Counted from the stretch's first letter, positions 21,401 to 30,910 are shown. The stretch is 64,000 nucleotides of DNA from an uncultured Nitrospina sp. (GCA_937891765.1 CALAGQ010000047.1:16580-80579), one strand, 5' to 3'. Numbers and translations are program-made. Notes: generated by a model not told the origin, from the sequence alone.

Positions 21401-21829
21401 CACAGAAACGATAGCAAAAGGGCAGATGTTTGTTTTAACAAATCGCTGGAACATGATCCCGATAACGATAAAGCCTATTGTGGCCTTGGCATGGCAAGGA
21501 TTAACAGGAAGGATTTGGACGGAGCGGTGGATTACTTCTGCAGGGCTCTGGACGCAAATCCTGAAAACCTTTCTGCTTGCAAATTCCTTTTGGAGCTCTC
21601 CTATAAACTGGAACAGTATGAGAAAATTGAGATGCATTTAAATAAATTCATGGAACTTCATCCCGCTAACCTGAGTATGCGGTTTGGGTTGGCCGGTGTT
21701 CAGTACAAAAGTGGAAAGTTTGAGGACTCGATCAAGAGCCTGGAACATATCCTCGCTCTCGACCCGGAACATGAGGCTGCCAGGGAAATGATGGAGAGTG
21801 TACGGTCTGATGTGGTGTTAAGTAAATAA
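18431..21829 (+). CDS. Multidomain glycosyltransferase: GT4 + CgeB-like GT + SAM methyltransferase + TPR
   Basis: LEAMATGMPVV; NMRVFEALCSG..HTYVHRA; LEVGCAAG, DVLEHLVDP, ILDETHLRFFT; C-terminal TPRs. Confidence 0.9.
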   Translation: MKLKILSFNWHEPYLCLLARTGHEFLIVEPEIAPGHYRRWDENMRPVPQNVRLISQKIAEEMLELGELDLIIAHNIKDLIVVKDYSLPKIAVFHNCLTTEIKLGKDKVNRKEYLDQVDFLLKDVHKVFISEKKRQDWGLTGELIRPGLDVSEYGGYLGDRETVLQVGNLLQERDLMMGYSISQQIVGCHPLTTLGLNPNIPGSRLSEGFQDLLENFRGSRVFINTTVDEYEDGYNLSMLEAMATGMPVVSSWNKSSPIEDGKNGYISKDLDYLNQRIESLLKNPEEARRLGEQAQKTVQEKFPLNRFLQSWQKAIEKSVLDFLHRTGINLQKEAIPFQEKIRKNILMDFVSYPATTAHYLERAFRQNHNVVTCGAQISEEAIKLWNLEALNWEITPQDIYRGNADSLKEVMEGLPDGWQPDFYLWVETGLSDIPVDLKEHALPKVCYLIDTHIDFDRHLKIAKNFDFVFLAQKAYVQTMTQAGIKNVMWLPLACDTEIHGKVTVSKQCDVGFVGSISSTRDRRRNLLDKIEKQFDLDCQRKFMDEMAEHFSKSRIVFNNAINNDLNMRVFEALCSGSMLVTDPAPGSGLEELFKDKEHLVIYDDENLEATISHYLENASEREKIASAGRKEVLARHTYVHRAESIIQVLNEKIGNIEEKKSACMNEKSSSEKSPSYYENVRNDLIPLIPSDAKCILEVGCAAGMTGRELKKRSGAFVAGIELNAQAAEAAKKVLDDVLQGSIETIDLPYSDGSFDCILFADVLEHLVDPLSALLKVRRLLKKGGTVVASIPNVQFHGVIHQLIEGNWTYEKEGILDETHLRFFTYKEIVKLFSKAGYSIQAVEEVLDPQYEKFSLANSTALNFGRTQVKDLTPEEIKRFFVFQYQVIASPINANKNEGHDMFEDGDTDLKIDHLLLEASEVSNSGDFEIALKLFGEIIKISPDNVQALIGMGDCYMKLQLPDKAETCFDQACLKQPDNSRGWLGSGLLALHRNDSKRADVCFNKSLEHDPDNDKAYCGLGMARINRKDLDGAVDYFCRALDANPENLSACKFLLELSYKLEQYEKIEMHLNKFMELHPANLSMRFGLAGVQYKSGKFEDSIKSLEHILALDPEHEAAREMMESVRSDVVLSK

Positions 21830-21831
21830 CA

Positions 21832-23616
21832 ATGGATTTCTTCGATCAAAATCTAAAGCATCTGCGGGAATACGATCCGGAACTTGCGGAACGTGTTGCC
21901 CTGCAACCTTTTCCTGAGAATGTTAACGTCATTTCAGCAAAGGATGGGTTTCCTGTTCCCAAAATTGCTGGAGTTACTTTGCACAGTCAATACCGTCCCT
22001 TAGAGGAAGGGCAAAAAACGACAGCGGATTTTGTTCTCAACCCGGAACGCAAAACGGTGGTTTATGGTTTGGGCTTTGGTTATCACATTCAGGCCTTGCT
22101 CCAGAAATGTCCGGGGGAGTTGATCGTCGTAGAGCCTTTGATGACTCTGTTCAGGGCCTATATGACATGCATAGACATACGGCCTTTTTTGTCACAGGTG
22201 CGTTTCAGGATTGGAGAAACGCCTGCCTGCCTGCTTGCCCGGCTGGAACCGGATTGCTGGAATGTTTTTAAACATTCTCCTTCCATAAGAATTGGTGAGA
22301 CCTACTACAATAGGCTGGATGAGGGTCTGGTGATAAGAGGCCTGCTCCAGCAACGCACTCTCAGAGTGATGATTGTCAATCCCATGTATGGCGGCTCTTT
22401 GCCAACGGCGCATCACTGTGCCGGGGCTTTGAAGAATATGGGGCATGAGGTCGCCACCGTAGATTGCGAAGCGTTTGAGCAAGGTTTTTTTTCGTTAAAG
22501 AAAGTGACGCGCCATCCAGAAAACTCTGAGATTCTTTCCCGTAATTTTATGAACTTCATGGGTGAAATAGCAGCTGCTAAGGCCGCAGAATTTCAACCGG
22601 ATCTGGTTCTGGCGCTTGCCCAGGCACCACTTACACCTGATGCGATTCAAAAACTGAGAGCGTTACAAGTTCCCGTTGTTTTCTGGTTCGTGGAAGATTT
22701 CAGGACTTTGCCGTATTGGAATGAGATAGCGACTTCTTATGATCATATTTTTACTTTGCAAGGCGGAGAGTTTCATGACGCATTGCGATCCAAAGGAGTG
22801 CGAGACTGCTACTACCTACCGCAGGCTTGTTTCCCGGATGCCCATAAGCCGTTGGAGGGCATGGGGAAGGATTATCAGGCCGATATTTCATTCATGGGAG
22901 CGGCTTATCATAATCGTGTGCAGTCTTTTCCCCGGTTGATGGATCTTGATTTCAAGATATGGGGAGAAGGTTGGAATCTGGAAACGCCATTAGGCCGACA
23001 GGTGCAAAATAATAATAAACGGGTATCAACAGAAGAAACCGTTAAAATTTATAACGCCGCTAAAATTAATTTGAATCTGCATTCTTCCACCTACCATTAT
23101 GGAATTAATCCAGATGGTGATTTTGTGAATCCACGGACTTTTGAGATTTCTGCCTGCCGGGGATTTCAACTGGTGGATAACCGGAAAGACTTGTCACGCA
23201 TGTTCAAAGTGGGCGAAGAGATAATTGCTTTCGACACTCTGGATCAAATGCGCGAGCAAATTGATTATTATCTTGCCCGACCTGAGGAAAGAAATACAAT
23301 TGCTTTAAAATCCTACCAGCGTGTTCTGAAGGAGCACACTATGGAGCATCGTATGCAGGAGTTATTGCTGCATATTTTTCTGGACCGCAAGCCTGCTCTT
23401 GAATCCATGGAAGCCATCGAGAGAGATCCGTTGGATTATTGCATCGGACAAGCAGGTGAAAGTACAGAACTGGGTCAATACTTACAACAGTTCAGAGGCC
23501 AGCATCCTTTTTCCTTGAAGACGGTAGTTGATCATATCCATGCGGGAGAAGGGGCGTTGGACAATAATGAGTCTTTATTTTTGATGATGAATCAGATTTT
23601 AAAGGAGAATGTCTGA
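21832..23616 (+). CDS. CgeB/DUF3880-type glycosyltransferase with Maf-like N-terminal region
   Basis: F..NL..L, LHS.Y.P..E, YGLGFGYH; WFVED, NPRTFEISAC, HTMEHRM. Confidence 0.85.
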   Translation: MDFFDQNLKHLREYDPELAERVALQPFPENVNVISAKDGFPVPKIAGVTLHSQYRPLEEGQKTTADFVLNPERKTVVYGLGFGYHIQALLQKCPGELIVVEPLMTLFRAYMTCIDIRPFLSQVRFRIGETPACLLARLEPDCWNVFKHSPSIRIGETYYNRLDEGLVIRGLLQQRTLRVMIVNPMYGGSLPTAHHCAGALKNMGHEVATVDCEAFEQGFFSLKKVTRHPENSEILSRNFMNFMGEIAAAKAAEFQPDLVLALAQAPLTPDAIQKLRALQVPVVFWFVEDFRTLPYWNEIATSYDHIFTLQGGEFHDALRSKGVRDCYYLPQACFPDAHKPLEGMGKDYQADISFMGAAYHNRVQSFPRLMDLDFKIWGEGWNLETPLGRQVQNNNKRVSTEETVKIYNAAKINLNLHSSTYHYGINPDGDFVNPRTFEISACRGFQLVDNRKDLSRMFKVGEEIIAFDTLDQMREQIDYYLARPEERNTIALKSYQRVLKEHTMEHRMQELLLHIFLDRKPALESMEAIERDPLDYCIGQAGESTELGQYLQQFRGQHPFSLKTVVDHIHAGEGALDNNESLFLMMNQILKENV

Positions 23617-23618
23617 TC

Positions 23619-25352
23619 GTGGCTGAAAATATTTTAATACTCAGTATGACCCGAATGGGAGATATGATTCAGACGACTCCCCTGATTAGAGGATTGAAGG
23701 AAAAGTATCCTGAATCAAAAATAACTCTTTTGGTTACCAGCGATTTTGCCAGCGCTGTACCTCTTATACCGAATGTGGATGATTCAATCGTTCTCAACTT
23801 CAAGCAGTTTGATATAAGTGAGAACTGGGAAGACCAATCGTGGATAAAGGTATATCGGTATCTTGAAGAGTCTTTGGATGATATCAGGGGCAGGAACTAT
23901 GATCTGCTTGTGAATTTGAGTCACTCAAAATTCAGCGCTCTCATGGTGCGCTACTTGGATATCAAAAATGTCATTGGTTTTCATTGCAATGAGTTTGGTG
24001 ATCGTATGACAGGGCATCCCTGGATGCAGTATTTTGGGGTGGAGGTTTTTAATCGTACTTATAATGAATTTAACCTTGTTGAGATTTTTTCCGGTAGTGC
24101 CGGGATTAATGTAAAGGGTCGTTCCATTGAAGTGCTGCGACCACAAAACCAGCCTTCATTCGACACTGAGTGGCCTTCAAATTGTGAGGATGTTTTGATC
24201 GGATTTCAGGCGGGCTCCAGTCTGGAGGACCGAAGGTGGCCTGCTCAAGCTTTTGCAAATCTTGCAGATATGCTGATCGAAAAAACCAATGCCAGAATTC
24301 TCATCTTTGGTGTGGAATCTGAAAATAAGGTGGCTGAGGATATTATCAGTCTGGTGCGAAATAAGGACCGAATATCGAACTTTGCTGGTAAAACCAGTCT
24401 CGGCGAATTGTCTCAGCTGTTGGAGAAATGTGAATATCTGGTTACCAATGATACCGGGACGATGCACTTGGCTGCGGCGCTAGGAACAAAAATTGTCGGG
24501 CTCTTTTTTGCTCATGCGCATCCTTATGAAACAGCACCGTTTTCTCCTGGGCATTTAATTTTTCAGGCAGGAATTTCCTGCGCACCATGTAGTTATGGAG
24601 TCCACTGTAACAATATTGTTTGTGTAGAAAAGGTTCGCCCACAACATCTCTTCTCAGCGATTGAAGGGCATATCAAAACCCAGTCGTGGAGTCTTCCTGA
24701 AACGATCACCTCGGACTCTGAGGTGAATGTTTATGAAACAGCGATTGGCTTTGACATGAATTTTAGATTGCGGCCCCTTGTCAGGTGTGGGCTTAGGGTG
24801 AATGATTTGCTCCGGTCGGCTTATGGTCTTTTATGGAGAGCGAGTCTTGACGATAAAAAGGTAATTCCAGGCAATGATTTTCTCGGTGTCTGCGAAGACT
24901 TGTCACAGGAATACGATTGTTCTGATATTGAAGCGCTTGCAGAACAACTGGAAAAAAAATATTTGATATTGGACGCTATCTCGAAGCTGGCCCATGCGGG
25001 ACAGAGGCTCTGCGGAAAAATTATTAAAGGGGCATCGGGCCGCAAAGGGAGTTCTCCCAAAATTGGCCGGTTCGGCGAGGACATCACGAACGTGGATAAG
25101 GAAATTGAAGTGCTGGGGTTCAGTAATCCTGAAGTGAAGCCCCTGACCGATATGTTCAGCAAAAGAAAAGAAAATGTGGGGGGTGACAATATATGCCTTT
25201 TGGCGATTGAAACTCGAAAGTGTTATATCGATCTGATCAACGAAAGTGAAAAACTGCAGGAAATTTTAAAAAGCTGCGAGGGAAAATTGTCTGCCTTGCA
25301 ACCGGGCTATATTTCACATAGCTCCATCAATGTGGCGGTTCCTGGAAGGTAG
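23619..25352 (+). CDS. GT9 (heptosyltransferase-like) glycosyltransferase with C-terminal extension
   Basis: RMGDMIQTTP, RRWP, GKTSL.EL, TNDTGTMHLAAA, CAPC. Confidence 0.88.
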   Translation: MAENILILSMTRMGDMIQTTPLIRGLKEKYPESKITLLVTSDFASAVPLIPNVDDSIVLNFKQFDISENWEDQSWIKVYRYLEESLDDIRGRNYDLLVNLSHSKFSALMVRYLDIKNVIGFHCNEFGDRMTGHPWMQYFGVEVFNRTYNEFNLVEIFSGSAGINVKGRSIEVLRPQNQPSFDTEWPSNCEDVLIGFQAGSSLEDRRWPAQAFANLADMLIEKTNARILIFGVESENKVAEDIISLVRNKDRISNFAGKTSLGELSQLLEKCEYLVTNDTGTMHLAAALGTKIVGLFFAHAHPYETAPFSPGHLIFQAGISCAPCSYGVHCNNIVCVEKVRPQHLFSAIEGHIKTQSWSLPETITSDSEVNVYETAIGFDMNFRLRPLVRCGLRVNDLLRSAYGLLWRASLDDKKVIPGNDFLGVCEDLSQEYDCSDIEALAEQLEKKYLILDAISKLAHAGQRLCGKIIKGASGRKGSSPKIGRFGEDITNVDKEIEVLGFSNPEVKPLTDMFSKRKENVGGDNICLLAIETRKCYIDLINESEKLQEILKSCEGKLSALQPGYISHSSINVAVPGR

Positions 25353-26866
25353 GAAGCCATATCCCCTTTTGCTTTTCCTTTTAAGAACCCTTGAATGAAC
25401 TCCAGAGAAGCTCCTCCGCCAGTGGATACGAAGAAATTGCTGGAAAAATAATTCCATAATTGGTAAGAATCATTTTCAAGAAAGTCGATGGATATCTGGT
25501 TTCGATTTATGGTTGAGGGGAACTGTTTCTCAATCTGAACCTTGATCATTTTTTTCAATTCGGTGATTCCTATTTTGTTCAGGATCGCGGCAGAATCTCC
25601 CCCGCCAATAACCACAGATAGTTTGGAATCAGTCAGGGACATTTGAAAAAGCAATTTGGCTAACTCCAGAGAGCCTTCTGCGTAATAGGTGCATGCCGGA
25701 TGGTCGTAGGCACCCAAAGGCCCGTTCCAGAATACGTTTTTGATATCTTTGAAAAGCTCTTCAAATTGGCTGATGGTTTTTTCGCCTAAATCAAGCTGGA
25801 GCTCTTTTGAGAAGTCGGGAGAAGTTTTATTTTCAAAAATAGTGCTCTGATAATCAGTGACAACTTTGTAGTCTTGAGGAAGGAGTAGACTGACCTTGTT
25901 GACTTCTGCAAGCTCAATGATTTCTTCGGCCAGGTTGATTTCGTGCAGGAGTTCTTCGTTTTCGGCTTCCTTCTGGCTTAGTAATTTTGCAGGCAATGTT
26001 TCATTTCGAAAAGGTTGTAGTAATTCCTTTTGTTGCTGGGCCAAAAGGAAAGCGTTGGCCATTTTGCCTCCGATTAAAATACTTTTGACTCCTGTCAAGA
26101 CGAACTGTTTTAAAATCTCAATTTTGTCAGATATTTTTGCACCACCGGCCACGACTAGAGTTTTTCTAGGCTGAGCCAGTATTCTGCCGGCAAATTTTCC
26201 AATACGGCTGATTTCTTCATAGAGAAGAACACCGGCAACCACCAGTTTCCCTTCCTGCCGCATCAATTGAGGTAAAAGTTTGATGCTTTTTGTAACGCGG
26301 TGACTGCAACCGAATGCGCAATTGATATAGACATCAGCGACATCTGCCAATTTGGTGATGAATTCGGTGCGGAACATATCCGTGTTTGTTGGATCCAGAA
26401 GATAACGCAAATTGGGAAGAAATTTGATTCCTCCCGGCGGCAGGCGCTTGTGTGAAACGATTTCCAGAGAATGTTGCATGTGGGAATCAATCGTTTCAGG
26501 GGGGAAGATGGTGTAGGTGTCTCCATAAACTCTTCGGATCAAAGTGTCGAAGTGAGAAGAAACAAACTGGATGTTGAAGATGCCGTCCCAGCCAGAATGA
26601 TCTTTCGTTTTGTGAGGCCGACCGAGGTGTGATCCAATGATGATCCGGCAGTCTCCTTCCGTCAACTCGTGGATCTTCCTGAATGTGAGATCCAGAAAAC
26701 GCCGGATTCGGGTATCGTCTGCGACCCGGAATCCTTTTGCAGTAGATCGCAGGGGAACGTTGAAATCGCACCGGATAAAAATGGTCTTGCCCCTTAAATC
26801 GGACGGTTTTAACGATCCCAGTTGGGTCATTCCGATCGAATTGCTTGAGTTTGAGACGGCCATCAT
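25307..26866 (-). CDS. pgk: Phosphoglycerate kinase, divergent and elongated (519 aa)
   Basis: RCDFNVP, SHLGRP, GGAKISDKI, WNGPLG, GGGDS, STGGGASLE. Confidence 0.88.
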   Translation of the reverse strand: MMAVSNSSNSIGMTQLGSLKPSDLRGKTIFIRCDFNVPLRSTAKGFRVADDTRIRRFLDLTFRKIHELTEGDCRIIIGSHLGRPHKTKDHSGWDGIFNIQFVSSHFDTLIRRVYGDTYTIFPPETIDSHMQHSLEIVSHKRLPPGGIKFLPNLRYLLDPTNTDMFRTEFITKLADVADVYINCAFGCSHRVTKSIKLLPQLMRQEGKLVVAGVLLYEEISRIGKFAGRILAQPRKTLVVAGGAKISDKIEILKQFVLTGVKSILIGGKMANAFLLAQQQKELLQPFRNETLPAKLLSQKEAENEELLHEINLAEEIIELAEVNKVSLLLPQDYKVVTDYQSTIFENKTSPDFSKELQLDLGEKTISQFEELFKDIKNVFWNGPLGAYDHPACTYYAEGSLELAKLLFQMSLTDSKLSVVIGGGDSAAILNKIGITELKKMIKVQIEKQFPSTINRNQISIDFLENDSYQLWNYFSSNFFVSTGGGASLEFIQGFLKGKAKGDMASYLPGTATLMELCEI

Positions 26867-27002
26867 AAGTCCCTGTTTTAGTGAAGCGTGGAAGGTTGAA
26901 AATCGGTTGTTTTTGCTTATAAATGCGTCAATCTTACTATATTGTTTTTATCGGGATAATTCGTTTATTCAACAATAATATTTTCATTCTTTCGGATAAG
27001 AA

Positions 27003-27401
27003 TGGTATGATTAAGTCGGATATAAAAGTACCCAGATTTAGAAATCAATAATTTGTGCCGGAATTAACCGGCTTTAGTGATAAGTGAGTTTCGATTGTTC
27101 CCCTTTCTAAAGGAATTTATACCAAAAAAAAGATTTATGGTTTTTATCGAAATTTATAAAGAATTTAAATAACATTTTTATAGACTTTCCGACAGGAAAA
27201 ACCAACCCTAAAACACAGATTCCTTCTTTCCTCACCTAAGAAAAGATACCCTGTGATCCCGACCGGCAAAAAAATAAAGTTTGCATTTAATTATTTGAAT
27301 TATAAAGGTTAATTTCCCATATATCAACCTTTTGAATGCTTGCCCGGCCTTGAAACCTACCGTTGGTGGTTCCTGCAAAAAAAAGTCAGGAAGAAGTTCT
27401 A
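27003..27401 (+). promoter_or_regulatory. Extended -10 promoter and long structured 5' leader of rne
   Basis: TGgTATGAT at 27003-27011; nested complementary segments across 27015-27347. Confidence 0.45.
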
Positions 27402-29414
27402 ATGAAAAAAAGTGAAACCGCGAAAAAAGTAATGCTGATCAATGCTCAGCATCCTGAAGAATGCCGGGCTGTTGTTCTGGACAACAATGTTATCGATGAC
27501 TACATCGTCGAGCATTCCTCCCGGGAACAAATTAAAGGAAATATTTATTTAGCAGTGATCAACCGGGTCGAGCCTTCCATTGAAGCGGCTTTTGTCGATT
27601 TTGGTGGCAAGAAGTATGGTTTCTTACCCTTCAAGGATGTTTTGCGTGAGTCCTATGTCCACACTGGCGAAAAAAAGGCGAAAGTGCGGATTCAGGATGT
27701 CCTGATTCGTGGACAGCGTATTGTGGTTCAGGTCCAGAAAGAGAGTAGGGATAACAAAGGCCCTTCACTGACCAATGCGATGAGTTTGGCGGGCAGGTTT
27801 CTGGTTTTGATGCAGGGACAAGGAAGCGCGGTATCTCGCAAAATTGAGGATGAGGCTGAAAGAAAAAAACTCAAGGACATAGTTGCCGATTTGGATTTGC
27901 CGGAACATCTGGGAGTGATCATTCGTACCGCCGGTGTAGGACAGACCAAGGTCGAATTGCAGAAAGATATGCAGATGTTGCTGAAAATCTGGAACAAAAT
28001 TGAAGACGCAAAGAAAAATGAATCTACACCGGGACCTTTTCTAATTTATCAAGAGCCGGATTTGGTAGTCAGGACAGTCCGAGACCATTTCAGCAGTGAT
28101 ACCTCGCAGATCATCGTGGATAACGTGGATGCCTATAAAGCTTTGAAGGATTTTATAAAGCTGGTGATGCCCCGTAACCGAAATCTGGTTAAGCTCTATA
28201 AAGAAACGAAGCCTCTTTTCTCTGAATACAATGTTGAGGAACAGATTGAATCGATTTACCAGCGCACGGTTTTTCTGCCTTCGGGTGGTTCCATTGTTAT
28301 TGATATTGGAGAGGCGATGGTTTCTATCGACGTCAACTCTGGTAAAACCAAAGGTGGCCTGGATCTGGAAGAAACAGCAGTGACGACGAATCTTGAAGCG
28401 GCCAAGGAAGTTGCCCGACAACTCAGGTTGAGGGATCTGGGCGGACTGATTGTCATTGACTTCATCGATATGTTCCAGAAAAAGAACAAGGCCGCTGTTG
28501 AGAAAATGATGAAGCAATCGTGTAAGACAGACAAGGCGCGAATCAACATTGCTAGAATTTCCAAGTTTGGTTTGCTCGAAATGTCCCGGCAACGAATTTC
28601 ACCCCCGGTCAAGGAAGGGGTTTTTGCACAATGCGGGCATTGCGGGGGGTCAGGGTTGGTGCGTTCGGTGGGCTCTGTAATTCTGAATGTTCTACGGAAA
28701 ATTCATGAGATTATTGCAGTAGGAAAAGTAAAAGTCCTTACTCTGGAAGTATCCCCGGAAATTTCCAATTATATTTTGAATCATAAGCTCAACGTTCTGG
28801 CAGATTTAAAAGCGAAGCATTTGGTCGATTTTCGATTTGAGATCAAAGAGGGTTTGGCTTATGAAAATTTCAAATATACGGTGTCTGAAGTCTGGGAGAC
28901 TGTGGGTGAGTTGGATACAAAGCTTATCGACAAGCCTGTAGAGTCGTCTCCTGAATCCAACGATTCGGATAGACCGGCTCGACCCGCTAGACCGACCAGA
29001 CCTCCAAGGTCGGGCAGACCCGCTAGACCTGCCAGATCGACCAGGCCTGTTGCTAAAGTTGAAGGCGAGGTGGAAGAGGCGGAAAAGACGGAGTCCGAAG
29101 ATGCCACGCCCAACACTGAAAGAAAATCTGCTCAACGAAGACCTTCTACTCGGCGGGGACCTCAGAGGGGAAGACGTCGACGGTCCAGTCACGCCACAAG
29201 AAAGGTCGAGGGGACATCGGTCGAGGGAGCGTCGGTTGAGGGGGCTACTTCAGAACAGAAGAGCGAGGCGGGAAATAATAATTTTTCAAAAAGTGATATT
29301 CCCGGCGATATTCAATCGCCCATGCCTCCTTTGCCGAGGCCTTTTGTGAGGGAAAGTCCAGAGCCCCCTGTATCTAACGAACCGGCTTCTCCACCCGATG
29401 TGGCAGGGGACTGA
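27402..29414 (+). CDS. rne: Ribonuclease E/G family with disordered C-terminal tail
   Basis: S1 domain GNIY..V..AAFVDFG, IDVNSG, RLRDLGGLIVIDFIDM, Zn-link CGHCGGSG, R/P/E-rich tail. Confidence 0.93.
   Translation: MKKSETAKKVMLINAQHPEECRAVVLDNNVIDDYIVEHSSREQIKGNIYLAVINRVEPSIEAAFVDFGGKKYGFLPFKDVLRESYVHTGEKKAKVRIQDVLIRGQRIVVQVQKESRDNKGPSLTNAMSLAGRFLVLMQGQGSAVSRKIEDEAERKKLKDIVADLDLPEHLGVIIRTAGVGQTKVELQKDMQMLLKIWNKIEDAKKNESTPGPFLIYQEPDLVVRTVRDHFSSDTSQIIVDNVDAYKALKDFIKLVMPRNRNLVKLYKETKPLFSEYNVEEQIESIYQRTVFLPSGGSIVIDIGEAMVSIDVNSGKTKGGLDLEETAVTTNLEAAKEVARQLRLRDLGGLIVIDFIDMFQKKNKAAVEKMMKQSCKTDKARINIARISKFGLLEMSRQRISPPVKEGVFAQCGHCGGSGLVRSVGSVILNVLRKIHEIIAVGKVKVLTLEVSPEISNYILNHKLNVLADLKAKHLVDFRFEIKEGLAYENFKYTVSEVWETVGELDTKLIDKPVESSPESNDSDRPARPARPTRPPRSGRPARPARSTRPVAKVEGEVEEAEKTESEDATPNTERKSAQRRPSTRRGPQRGRRRRSSHATRKVEGTSVEGASVEGATSEQKSEAGNNNFSKSDIPGDIQSPMPPLPRPFVRESPEPPVSNEPASPPDVAGD
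28971..29048 (+). repeat. Degenerate 9-bp tandem repeat encoding (RPx)n in the RNase E tail
   Basis: RPARPARPTRPPRSGRPARPARSTRP. Confidence 0.7.
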
Positions 29415-29461
29415 GCTTATTCAGCCACAACAAATTATTGTTTGCTAAATAGAGCTATTGC

Positions 29462-30202
29462 TCACTGGCCTCGCACCGAACGAGCGCAACGGAAACCGGT
29501 ATCCCAGAACCTCATTTCAGGCGGTAAAATATTTCGGTGGGGAAGCATTGTGAACTCTTTCATGAAACCGTGCTCGCGTTTATTAATGGAACCTCCACGG
29601 GTGACTTTGAACTTTTTCCCATAATTTTTATCCTGATGGGTGGAATTTGGGTAGGGTTGGTACCAGCTTGAAGTCCATTCTGAGACATTGCCGTTCATTC
29701 CCCAAATGCGATAGCTGCTGACATCCCCCTCAAGAGAATTTACCGGCAGGACTTGTTTGCCGAAATTAGCGGAGCCCTTTTCGAAATCGTTACCCCATAC
29801 GAAAAGGCGATTGTCGCTACCGCGAGCCGCCTTTTCCCATTCGTATTCTGTTGGCAGGCGTTTGCCGACCCAATGGCAATAGGCTTCGGCTTCATGCCAA
29901 CTGACTCCGCTGATCGCTAGATTCAATTGCCGGGTTGAATATTTAGCCTGAGGCTTGAACTTCATAAACTCTTCATAGGTCACTTCAAATTGATCCATAT
30001 AGAAGGCCTTTAAAAAATACTGCTGCTCGGGTTGGGCGTTGAGAGAGGCTGTTTTGTCTGACATGAACTGAAGGAGACTGCTTTGAGGATTAAGGCCAAG
30101 AGTAAATTTGCCTTCGGGAATAAGAATCATCCCGGCATGTTTCTCGCTCTCGCAAGAAACAAGAAATATTGTAGCGAGTAGAATGGGAAGTAGTTTATTC
30201 AA
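29462..30202 (-). CDS. FGE-sulfatase domain lipoprotein
   Basis: Lipobox LVSC; DQFEVT, RLPTEYEWEKAARG, MNGNVSEW, GFRCA. Confidence 0.87.
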   Translation of the reverse strand: MNKLLPILLATIFLVSCESEKHAGMILIPEGKFTLGLNPQSSLLQFMSDKTASLNAQPEQQYFLKAFYMDQFEVTYEEFMKFKPQAKYSTRQLNLAISGVSWHEAEAYCHWVGKRLPTEYEWEKAARGSDNRLFVWGNDFEKGSANFGKQVLPVNSLEGDVSSYRIWGMNGNVSEWTSSWYQPYPNSTHQDKNYGKKFKVTRGGSINKREHGFMKEFTMLPHRNILPPEMRFWDTGFRCARSVRGQ

Positions 30203-30910
30203 TTATTTTTCTATAGACTGGGTGTTCTTAACAAGACGGGTGTCTGGAAATGTTTTAGAACCGGGTTCAGCCAGAATATATTCAATCGTTAGGCAGGCCG
30301 CTTCCTCCCGGGTGCACATCATGGAGCGGCATTCCTGGTCTTTTTGGCCGCAGTAGTAGTTCAGGATCCTCATTTTCATGAAGGTGCCATTATTTAATTT
30401 TAGAGCATAAACGTTTCGCTTGGATTCGATGTTGTGGGTTCTTGTGCGGTAATTGTACCAGCCCGCCAATTCCTTGTTGATCAAATTGCCAAGTGAACGG
30501 TGGTCCTGAGCATAGCCGATTTCGGGAGCTGCTCTAATATCATCAAAGTCGACAGGGCCAAGGTTGATGACCCCGGTTTTCCCCGATGGGTTGGTTTTCC
30601 CACCATTGGAGATAATTTTGGTTCGGCTGAATCCCAGGTCCCAAGCCGTCTGATTCAATTTGCTCGTTTCCGCGTCGGCCTCAGAAATTTTTTGGGTTTT
30701 TCCAGAACTGAAATCCACCAACAGCCATGTGTTTCTTTCTTTGGCATTAATCTTGATAATGGGATTGTTTGTGCTGATCTTTTTAATTTTTTTCGGGGGC
30801 AGAGGAACGGTTTCAAAATCTTCTATATTACCCTCCATATAATTCAGGGTGGTGTGAAACAAGAGGGTCGCCCCAAGGAGCATTAAGAATATACGTGGTG
30901 TCGGGTTCAT
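30203..30910 (-). CDS. HmuY-family (heme-binding-like) protein
   Basis: W..VDFSSG, WDLGFSRT.I.SNGG, GWYNY..TH, KMRILNYY. Confidence 0.75.
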   Translation of the reverse strand: MNPTPRIFLMLLGATLLFHTTLNYMEGNIEDFETVPLPPKKIKKISTNNPIIKINAKERNTWLLVDFSSGKTQKISEADAETSKLNQTAWDLGFSRTKIISNGGKTNPSGKTGVINLGPVDFDDIRAAPEIGYAQDHRSLGNLINKELAGWYNYRTRTHNIESKRNVYALKLNNGTFMKMRILNYYCGQKDQECRSMMCTREEAACLTIEYILAEPGSKTFPDTRLVKNTQSIEK

